From Candidatus Woesearchaeota archaeon (GTDB lineage Archaea; Nanobdellota; Nanobdellia; Woesearchaeales; GCA-2686295): DNA of 64,000 nucleotides. The notes under the pieces are model-generated. The model had not been told where the DNA came from, ran no database searches, and saw only the letters and a list, made by a program, of their open reading frames with translations. The number at the start of each line of letters is the position of its first letter. The first letter of the stretch is position 1. The position numbers and the translations under genes were made by a program. Below are positions 45,901 to 52,366 of the stretch, in pieces. The DNA is taken from assembly GCA_937912225.1 (NCBI GenBank), contig CALDOJ010000035.1, forward strand, positions 10,571 to 74,570, given 5' to 3'.

Positions 45901-46632
45901 GACTGTGCAGACAATGATTGTTCAAATGGCGCTTTAGGAGTTCCTTGTTGTTCTGTTCAAGCTGATTGCCCAGCAGGATATGTTAATTCTTATGATACTT
46001 GTATGAATGGCCTTGAAGCTTGTTCAAGTAGTGTTTGTTCTTATGCTGATGATAGTCCTGTAGATGATAAGAATTGTGATGAAGCGATTTGTACTGCTAC
46101 TGGTTGGGATAATTCTATTTGTCCAACTTGTAGCGATGGTGTTCAAAATCAAGATGAAACTGGTGTTGACTGTGGTGGCGTTTGTGCTGCTGTTTGTCCA
46201 ATTTGTTCTGGAGAGCCAATAGATCCTTGTAGTGCATTTGATGCTGATGATGAGACTTGTATTATAGATGGTGGGCCTTCTTGTCATTGGGTTGGTGATA
46301 ATAATTGGGATGGTGCTTGTGTTTCTAATTCTCCATTAACTCCTTGTGATGATTATGATGATGAAGCTTTTTGTACTTCTCATGGTTGTGATTGGGGTGT
46401 AGAAATGCAACCTAAAACATTTAGTAATCCTCAAATTAAAATATCTGAAGGTACTTTTGCTGTTTGTGGAACTGAGAAGAGTATGGAGATGTTTTGTATA
46501 AGTGAAGGATTTGCTGGCGGCCAATTTACAAAGGCTTTTGGTGGCGGAAAATGTGCTAGTTTTGATGGCAAGGATTGGAAAGTTGGTGCTGATACTTATA
46601 GACAAATTGAGTGCGCTACTAATGCAAAATAA
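42976..46632 (+). CDS. YD-repeat (Rhs/TcC-like) shell protein, part 2, lacking the Rhs core and carrying a Cys-rich DCGG-repeat tail
   Basis: 1218 aa. Leader MKTKLIFGLLIIFLISMLSVSS. MopE-like CNNLDDDNDGLVDEG motifs. YD repeats YNYDVLGRLKTI, FTYDLNGNLLTS, YAYDSSGRLVSM, YDYDKTGNMMTM, YEYDKLGNRLLL and YVYDYLGNRIMK. After KLYLYDLGSTLIEEI it switches to C.DG(I/V)QN.DE.G(V/I)DCGG.C repeats instead of YYHxDHLGS. Confidence 0.75.
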   Translation: MKTKLIFGLLIIFLISMLSVSSFEVCNNLDDDNDGLVDEGLSNCDCREGCDGAVSCASYSYDACPTSVGCSRDNVCDGSVSASEFCFGLQQIAQVRYGADDFGQRVCLDFGGDLCQWFEMDNLCVPANGVYGSQTCSEIIGPSGRSGCSWATDSYITNYYGSGDSSFGWSDCTYTQICANSPSCSSQGFDTCNDLHGCSLSTSKSSFEVCGDNIDNDCNQQVDETCDIPSIKSTYNPSNANNEDYSYVLVTDEEGTQTRSKTDKSGNLKEIKEAYNYASDRTTAEYNYDVLGRLKTITLQNPEGGDHVTTKEYNSLGQLTDEYHPDTGHVSFTYDLNGNLLTSQVEGAPEKDVVIDYDVLNRVNNITWPNYEGGTTAVQYYYDDDDECTYTYYSKGKVCKIVDLSGTIEFIYNYKGQVEREVKGILPITNMVANPGFDASTIFWSNYGLGSKLIRENGVAYVTVNSSGADSYAGMHYADNTKGIIKVEPDTQYTLSALVKTGNIYGGNGHVTLDTHCHNEEHTNGNFHRVIISSGSDRVLPANSETFVRLSETITTNDTADHCHVKIYFQNDGEYGDFWVDEVQFEQAPAFSGEYKQDFFISDYAYDSSGRLVSMVYPSGKRLDYNYNSFSQLESMSLDANNDGTPDKTIVQGYVYNPTGSLASFQTGDGITTTYSYTIREWLNSLDIGDLYERSYDYDKTGNMMTMYDDLSQNNDVASYGYDKLSRIKTVNSDILGRQSYEYDKLGNRLLLNTPEKRVSYDYSYNPGVNQNPDILEDSASIRLTSMSTTRKYTDVNVGGDIVTREVGGKSIVSNSITGNAVNTVTSSTSSSELVYGVTGSLESDGTYTYEYYPNNRLKIVRENSGTIVEQYVYDYLGNRIMKKDADGEIKKLYLYDLGSTLIEEIVPITASCDDGIQSPGETGVDCGGLCPACPTCNDGIQNQDEIYIDCGGSCDACGPEICDNGVDDDYDNNADCADNDCSNGALGVPCCSVQADCPAGYVNSYDTCMNGLEACSSSVCSYADDSPVDDKNCDEAICTATGWDNSICPTCSDGVQNQDETGVDCGGVCAAVCPICSGEPIDPCSAFDADDETCIIDGGPSCHWVGDNNWDGACVSNSPLTPCDDYDDEAFCTSHGCDWGVEMQPKTFSNPQIKISEGTFAVCGTEKSMEMFCISEGFAGGQFTKAFGGGKCASFDGKDWKVGADTYRQIECATNAK

Positions 46633-46704
46633 TTTTATTTATGTTCTTCAAAATTTATTAATTATAAATTAAATTCTTATATTTGTGCTTGTTTTTCAGA
46701 AAAA

Positions 46705-46712
46705 TTTATAAA
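46705..46712 (+). promoter_or_regulatory. TATA-box-like element (TTTATAAA) with A-rich BRE, upstream of the RHH gene
   Basis: GAAAAATTTATAAA about 40 nt upstream of ATG 46748. Confidence 0.35.
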
Positions 46713-46717
46713 CTTCT

Positions 46718-46744
46718 GTTACTGATTGGTTACTGATTAGTAAC
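46718..46744 (+). promoter_or_regulatory. candidate operator: direct repeat GTTACTGATT x2 overlapping palindrome GTTACTGATTAGTAAC
   Basis: GTTACTGATTGGTTACTGATTAGTAAC lies between the TATA-like box and ATG 46748, where the transcription start is expected. Confidence 0.5.
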
Positions 46745-46747
46745 TTT

Positions 46748-46957
46748 ATGGCTGAAAAATCAAATAAAAATAAAGGAAATCGTGTTAATCTATCATTTAA
46801 CGCAAAACAGATTGAACTAATTGATTCTCTAATAGGTGAAATAGGTGATAATCGCGCAGATGTGGTTAAAACAATATTCTTCAGCTGGTTATCAGAAAAA
46901 GGAATAACTGCGTCAATTCTAAAGAAAAAATTTGAGGATTTACAAAGTGAAAAGTAG
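46748..46957 (+). CDS. ribbon-helix-helix (CopG/Arc-like) DNA-binding protein
   Basis: 69 aa. NRVNLSFNAKQIELIDSLIGEIGDNRADVVKTIFFSWLSEKGI gives a beta-strand, helix, helix layout. Its 3' end overlaps the first cassette. Confidence 0.65.
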   Translation: MAEKSNKNKGNRVNLSFNAKQIELIDSLIGEIGDNRADVVKTIFFSWLSEKGITASILKKKFEDLQSEK

Positions 46958-48086
46958 ATTTATATTAGGATTGTTAGTGATGATTCTTTTAATCAGTTCT
47001 ATTTCTGCTTACGAACTTGAGTTTTATCATAGTGACCATCTTGGGTCTCCTGTTATTGTGACTGATGAAAGTCAAGTTGTGAAGTGGTCTTCTGATTATG
47101 ATGTTTTTGGTGAGACTGTTAATGAAGAAGGCGATGGCGATTTGAAGTATAATCAAAAGGAAAAAGATGATACTGGTCTTCTTTATTATGGTGCTCGTTA
47201 TTATAATGCTGATACGGGTCGTTTTATCACTGCTGATACTTTTAAGGGCAATTTAGTTGATTTACAAAGCCAAAACTTGTACGTTTATGTTCAGAATAAT
47301 CCGATGAAGTATATTGATCCGACAGGAAATCAAAAAGAACTTTCAAATCCTTTTGTAGAAAAAGATGTTGGTCATACAATTGTTGTAAAAGCAATGGATT
47401 TTAGTGATTACCAAGCAAATATTCCTGGTTTTGATCTTGATGATTTTAGTGCTTTTAGTAAAGCTTATGCTTCTTTTAGTGCAGTTATGAATGGTAACTC
47501 TGAGTTAGTTGGAATGTTACAAGATTCTGTTTATAAATCTCAAGTAAGTGGTTTTGAAGGCATTGAAGTGTTTGGTGTTTCGGATAATGCAGAAGATTAT
47601 TTATCTTTTCCAGCAACAGATAGTAAAACAACTTGGATGAATAAACCTTTTGCATCTATACCTGGTATGATTTCTGAATTAATAGAGGTTATTGACAATA
47701 CAGACATTTCAAGTAAAGAAATACTTAATGTAGTTATTGTTTTACATGGTGCTCCTGAAGGTGTTATGATTGATAGTAAAATGGGTTCTATGTATTCTGA
47801 AGATTATTATAAAGAATTATTACGTTTAAAAAGACATCTTCCTAAAGGCAGTAATTTATTCATAGATTCTTGTTACGGAGGAGGTATGTGTGATTATGGT
47901 GAGTCTTTATCTAAAAAATTGAAATCAAATGTATTTATTCCTGCTATTAATAATGTTGTTGTTAGACCTTTTACTGTTGATCAAAATACTTTGGGCGGTA
48001 CTATTCCGTTGACATTAACTACTCAAAGTTATGGGAAACCTGATTTAAATGCTGAAAATTACAAGACTCATGTTTTTGCACGATAA
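46947..48086 (+). CDS. Rhs-core cassette A: Sec-type leader + Rhs-associated core + His/Cys (DUF4347/caspase-like?) C-terminal domain
   Basis: The GTG 46947 start gives MKSRFILGLLVMILLISSISA|YELEFYHSDHLGSP..YDVFGE..YNQKEKDDTGLLYYGARYYNADTGRFITADT..NNPMKYIDPTGNQ, and the core ends near 47333. The tip contains VIVLHGAPEG and LFIDSCYGGG. Confidence 0.75.
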   Translation: MKSRFILGLLVMILLISSISAYELEFYHSDHLGSPVIVTDESQVVKWSSDYDVFGETVNEEGDGDLKYNQKEKDDTGLLYYGARYYNADTGRFITADTFKGNLVDLQSQNLYVYVQNNPMKYIDPTGNQKELSNPFVEKDVGHTIVVKAMDFSDYQANIPGFDLDDFSAFSKAYASFSAVMNGNSELVGMLQDSVYKSQVSGFEGIEVFGVSDNAEDYLSFPATDSKTTWMNKPFASIPGMISELIEVIDNTDISSKEILNVVIVLHGAPEGVMIDSKMGSMYSEDYYKELLRLKRHLPKGSNLFIDSCYGGGMCDYGESLSKKLKSNVFIPAINNVVVRPFTVDQNTLGGTIPLTLTTQSYGKPDLNAENYKTHVFAR

Positions 48087-48087
48087 A

Positions 48088-49104
48088 ATGAAAAAACTAT
48101 TGTTGTTCGGATTGTGTATATTGTTTCTACTTAGTTTTAGCTCTGCTTATGAACTAGAATTCTATCATAGTGATCATCTTGGTTCTCCTGTTGTTGTAAC
48201 AACTGAAAGTGCTGAGGTTGTTTGGTCTTCTGATTATGATATCTTTGGTGAGGCTGTTAACGAGCAAGGCGTTGGTGATTTATTGTATAATCAGAAAGAA
48301 AAAGATGATACTGGTTTGCATTATTATGGTGCTAGATATTACAATGCAGAACTTGGTCGTTTTATCACTGCTGACACCGTGGATGGTGAGATAACTGACT
48401 TACAATCTTTGAACAGATATATTTATGTGAAAAATAATCCTATAAAATATATTGATCCTGACGGACATAAATTTAGAGCAAAATTTGGTGGTCGTCATTA
48501 TGCTAATTTTATGAATGAAGGATTGGGAGGAATAGATGCTTTTTCTTTTAATGAAGAAACTAAATTTATAGAACTTAATGATGTTGATTTGAGTTTGGAA
48601 TCTGATTCTGTTAAAGAATTATTTGGTGTTTACAAAACTGCAATTGAATCTAAAAAAGTAGTTGATTTGGTTATTGGACATGATGGTTTTTTTGGTAAAT
48701 CTAAAGGTGTGTTTGGCGGACTATTTGGTAAGTTGCACATTTCAATCCCTCCTAGAATAGATGAAGCTGCTTTGGGAAAAGAAGGTTCATTCATTGAATT
48801 TAATCCTGCAAATGTTTTGGCTCATGAAACAGGTCATTTTGTTCATTATTTAGATGTTGGAAAAAAAGGATTGACTGAGCAAGTTGGTGTCGCCGTAGAA
48901 AATCTTGCAAGAATGAATATGGGTTCGTCAGAAAGAGTATTTTATTCTTCTAGTGAATTAGTTGATGTTGATGGAGAAGGTAATTTGTTTTCCTCTTTTA
49001 GTTTATTCACTCCTGAAGAATTTGATGAAGGAGTTTCAACTTCTAGTGCTGCTTTATTAGTAAATATTGAAGGAGAATATATTTTTTCGGCAGGTATAAA
49101 ATGA
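48088..49104 (+). CDS. Rhs-core cassette B: leader + Rhs core + HExxH metallopeptidase-like tip
   Basis: MKKLLLFGLCILFLLSFSSA|YELEFYHSDHLGSP...ARYYNAELGRFITADT...NNPIKYIDPDGH, and the core ends near 48468. The tip has VLAHETGHFVHY (HExxH) and AVENLARMNMG. Confidence 0.75.
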   Translation: MKKLLLFGLCILFLLSFSSAYELEFYHSDHLGSPVVVTTESAEVVWSSDYDIFGEAVNEQGVGDLLYNQKEKDDTGLHYYGARYYNAELGRFITADTVDGEITDLQSLNRYIYVKNNPIKYIDPDGHKFRAKFGGRHYANFMNEGLGGIDAFSFNEETKFIELNDVDLSLESDSVKELFGVYKTAIESKKVVDLVIGHDGFFGKSKGVFGGLFGKLHISIPPRIDEAALGKEGSFIEFNPANVLAHETGHFVHYLDVGKKGLTEQVGVAVENLARMNMGSSERVFYSSSELVDVDGEGNLFSSFSLFTPEEFDEGVSTSSAALLVNIEGEYIFSAGIK

Positions 49105-50153
49105 AACAGCCAATATTATTCGGATTGTGTATGCTTTTCCTACTTAGTTTTAGCTCTGCTTATGAACTAGAATTCTATCATAGTGATCATCTTGGTTCTC
49201 CTGTTGTTGTTACAACTGAAAGTGCTGATATTATTTGGTCTTCTGATTATGATGTGTTTGGTGAAGCTGTTAACGAGCAGGGAGATGGAGATTTGAAGTA
49301 TAATCAGAAGGAGAAGGATGATACTGGTTTGTTGTATTATGGTGCTCGTTATTACAATGCTGATACTGGTCGTTTCATTACGGCTGATACTGTTAAAGGT
49401 GAAATGACTGATTCTCAATCTCAGAACTTGTATGTGTATGTTAAGAATAATCCTATGAAATATGTTGATCCGACTGGTAATAAATTTAGACCAAAGAATT
49501 ATGATTCTGGTTTGGATGCGGTTAATTTTATGAATGAATTATCTGGCGATGACTTCTTTTTTTATAATGAAGAATCAAGTTTAATTGAAATGACTGATTT
49601 AATATTTTCAGACAAATTCACCAACAAGAATGAACGTGTGTTGTATGATTTATTTAAAGAATTAGTTGAGACTGATACAAATTTTAATTATGTAAAAGAA
49701 ACATTTCCTTATTCTTCACATCGGAATGGAAATATTAGAGTAGGGTTATCTCCTGGTTCTTCAGAACTTGGAAGATTCTCTAGGAAAATTGATTTTTCTC
49801 GTGCTAGCATATTTGTTCATGAATTAAGTCATGCGTATACTGATTTATTTCCGAATGAATTTGATTACTCTACAGAAACGTTTGCTGTTGGAATGGAGAA
49901 TGTTGCTAGAAAGATTCTTGGTGAGAAGAAAAGAATTTATTATTCTATACTTCCTGAAATAGTTGATAAAAAAACAACTCCTGGTGTGGAAAGATTCTTT
50001 AAACCTGAAACCTTTGATAGAATAAAAAATAACGAGTATCATAAAGCTGTAGATCATTACAATAAACATGGGGGTTATGTTATTATTAAAATACAGGTAC
50101 TGAATGATCCTGCAAAAACTACTGCTGATTTAGTTAAAAGAAAAAATGATTAA
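49101..50153 (+). CDS. Rhs-core cassette C: leader + Rhs core + HExxH metallopeptidase-like tip (paralog of B's tip)
   Basis: MKQPILFGLCMLFLLSFSSA|YELEFYHSDHLGSP...NNPMKYVDPTGN, and the core ends near 49481. The tip has FVHELSHAYTD (HExxH) and AVGMENVARKILG, and starts KFRPK..NFMNE like B. Confidence 0.75.
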   Translation: MKQPILFGLCMLFLLSFSSAYELEFYHSDHLGSPVVVTTESADIIWSSDYDVFGEAVNEQGDGDLKYNQKEKDDTGLLYYGARYYNADTGRFITADTVKGEMTDSQSQNLYVYVKNNPMKYVDPTGNKFRPKNYDSGLDAVNFMNELSGDDFFFYNEESSLIEMTDLIFSDKFTNKNERVLYDLFKELVETDTNFNYVKETFPYSSHRNGNIRVGLSPGSSELGRFSRKIDFSRASIFVHELSHAYTDLFPNEFDYSTETFAVGMENVARKILGEKKRIYYSILPEIVDKKTTPGVERFFKPETFDRIKNNEYHKAVDHYNKHGGYVIIKIQVLNDPAKTTADLVKRKND

Positions 50154-51186
50154 AATGATGATATTTGGATTGTGTATGATTCTTCTAATCAGTTTTAGCT
50201 CTGCTTATGAGTTGGAGTTTTATCATTCTGATCATCTTGGTTCTCCTGTGCTGGTTACTGATGAGTCTGGTGCTGTTCAGTGGTCTTCTGATTATGATGT
50301 TTTTGGTGAAGCTGTTAATGAAGAAGGTGATGGTGATTTAGGTTATAATCAAAAAGAGAAAGATGATACTGGTTTGTTGTATTATGGAGCTCGTTATTAC
50401 AACGCAGAGCTTGGACGGTTTATTACTGCTGATACAGTCAAAGGAAGTGCTGGTAGTTTGCAGAGTCAGAACTTATATGTTTATGTTCAGAACAATCCGA
50501 TGAAGTACATTGACCCTACAGGAAATCAGCAACACCCCTCAACTTTATCAGATGCGGAAGGTGTTTGTAGAGATAAATCTTATTATTTTAAATTTTTATT
50601 AGAAAATGTTTTTCATATACCAAATAAAAATACTCTAGGTCATTTTAATTCTGAAGGAGTTTCTAAAGGAAGAGAACATGATTTATTTAAACAGGGTGAT
50701 GATTTGGTTACATATTCTGAGTGGACTTCTTCACCAACTGTAAATCTACTTACTAAATTGTTTATGTCAAAAGATGCTAATACTTGGACTGAAGATTTTG
50801 AAAATGAGCCAACGAATGAACAACTAGAAAGATTCAATCAGTTTGAAAGTGAAATGAAAGTTTTAGCTTCTGAATTATTTGCAAAACAAACATTTGTAGA
50901 AATGAATCCTGAAAATCAAAAAACTGTTTTGAATAAGATAATGAAAAGTATAGATGCCTATATACCTGTTGGAAGCGAATCATATAATTATGAACGAGCA
51001 AATAACGAAGAAAGTTTTTTTGGTTCTATTGCGTCCGGTATTATTCAAGGAGGTGATGCGCCTCCAAATCATGGTTGGAATACGATAATGTTAAGTGATG
51101 GATCCAGAGTGATAATGGATTTGACTAATTATGATGTTGTATTGGAAGAAGTTCCTAGAGAAAGATCATTTTATTATTGGAAATAA
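50146..51186 (+). CDS. Rhs-core cassette D: leader + Rhs core + transglutaminase/papain-like tip
   Basis: MIKMMIFGLCMILLISFSSA|YELEFYHSDHLGSP...NNPMKYIDPTGNQ, and the core ends near 50526. The tip has EGVCRDKSYYF (Cys), NHGWNTIML (His) and VIMDLTN (Asp), in the order of a transglutaminase-core triad. Confidence 0.7.
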   Translation: MIKMMIFGLCMILLISFSSAYELEFYHSDHLGSPVLVTDESGAVQWSSDYDVFGEAVNEEGDGDLGYNQKEKDDTGLLYYGARYYNAELGRFITADTVKGSAGSLQSQNLYVYVQNNPMKYIDPTGNQQHPSTLSDAEGVCRDKSYYFKFLLENVFHIPNKNTLGHFNSEGVSKGREHDLFKQGDDLVTYSEWTSSPTVNLLTKLFMSKDANTWTEDFENEPTNEQLERFNQFESEMKVLASELFAKQTFVEMNPENQKTVLNKIMKSIDAYIPVGSESYNYERANNEESFFGSIASGIIQGGDAPPNHGWNTIMLSDGSRVIMDLTNYDVVLEEVPRERSFYYWK

Positions 51187-51225
51187 TGGTTGTATTTTAT
51201 ATTTAAGAAAGTGTTTTAAGTAAAA

Positions 51226-52365
51226 ATGAAAAAAATAATTATTTTCGGATTGTATATGTTGTTTATATTTGGTTTTTCAAAACTTTTTTATACTGTTAAA
51301 TTTAGATTTTTATCTATGCGGCGACTTTGTTTAGTGTTTACTTGTTTTTTGTTGTTAGTTAGTTCTGTTTTCGCTTATGATTTGGAATTTTATCATTCTG
51401 ATCATCTTGGTTCTCCTGTTGTTGTGACTAGTGAATCTGGCGAGACTGTTTGGTCAAGTGATTATGATGTTTTTGGTGCTTCTGTTAACGAGCAAGGCGT
51501 TGGTGATTTATTGTATAATCAGAAAGAAAAAGATGATACTGGTTTATTGTATTATGGTGCTCGTTATTACAATGCTGAGCTTGGAAGGTTCATCACAGCT
51601 GATACTGTTAAAGGAACAATGACTGATTTGCAATCTCAGAATTTGTATGTCTATGTACAAAATAATCCGATGAAGTACGTTGACCCTACAGGAAACCAAA
51701 AAGTTTTAGGTATACTTTCTTCAACTATAGTTCACGAATATCTTGATGATAAAATACGAAGTACAAGTATTGTTAGAGCGAAATATAATGGTGGTGATGC
51801 TGAGGAAATTTATCAACAATTATTAACTGATGAGGATTTTGTACGAACAGAAATGGGTCGTTTAAGATCTCATTACGAGTCTTTTTTTGGTGGAAAAATG
51901 TATCAATGGAATTCTGAGAAACAATTATCTGGAGGTACTTTTAGAGAAGAAATAAATATTGAAGATATTACTTTTAAACTTGTTTCAAATATTGATGAAT
52001 TTGTTTCTCTTCTTAATGGCGGAATTGGAGATTATGATGAAGTAATAATTCATGGTCATGGCTCGCCTTATTCTATTGAATTTGGTGGCGAAAGATTAAC
52101 AACAAAAATACTTTCTAAATTAATAAAAAAAGGTCAAATAGAAAATAATTTTGAGGAATTAAGTAGTTGTACTTTAATTTCTTGTTCTGTATTTGGTGAA
52201 ACAAAAAAAAATTTTTTTAATAAACGTTCTGAGAATATTGGAACGATGTTAACTAATCTCTTAGGAGTGCCTACCTTAGGAAGTAAAATAAATATTGAGA
52301 CTAGCAGTAATATTTTAGAAACAGTCATGATTGGAGATTGGGCTATTTACGAACCAAAAGAATAA
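51226..52365 (+). CDS. Rhs-core cassette E: double leader + Rhs core + His/Cys (DUF4347/caspase-like?) tip, related to A's tip
   Basis: MKKIIIFGLYMLFIFGFSKLFYTVKFRFLS then MRRLCLVFTCFLLLVSSVFA|YDLEFYHSDHLGSP...NNPMKYVDPTGNQ, and the core ends near 51696. The tip has VIIHGHGSPYS and CTLISCSVFG. An internal start is possible at 51316. Confidence 0.7.
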   Translation: MKKIIIFGLYMLFIFGFSKLFYTVKFRFLSMRRLCLVFTCFLLLVSSVFAYDLEFYHSDHLGSPVVVTSESGETVWSSDYDVFGASVNEQGVGDLLYNQKEKDDTGLLYYGARYYNAELGRFITADTVKGTMTDLQSQNLYVYVQNNPMKYVDPTGNQKVLGILSSTIVHEYLDDKIRSTSIVRAKYNGGDAEEIYQQLLTDEDFVRTEMGRLRSHYESFFGGKMYQWNSEKQLSGGTFREEINIEDITFKLVSNIDEFVSLLNGGIGDYDEVIIHGHGSPYSIEFGGERLTTKILSKLIKKGQIENNFEELSSCTLISCSVFGETKKNFFNKRSENIGTMLTNLLGVPTLGSKINIETSSNILETVMIGDWAIYEPKE

Positions 52366-52366
52366 G

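Noticed and set aside
38464-46605. About a dozen 60-90-aa ORFs inside the two large Rhs-like genes (for example 38728..38922, 40677..40874, 42040..42261, 43085..43300, 43454..43669, 45683..45937, 46024..46287, 46336..46605)
   Set aside because: They are composition-driven frames (runs of L/V/M/I or H/Q/N/K) nested in long ORFs with clear YD-repeat periodicity. They have no RBS or start context and are not candidate immunity genes.
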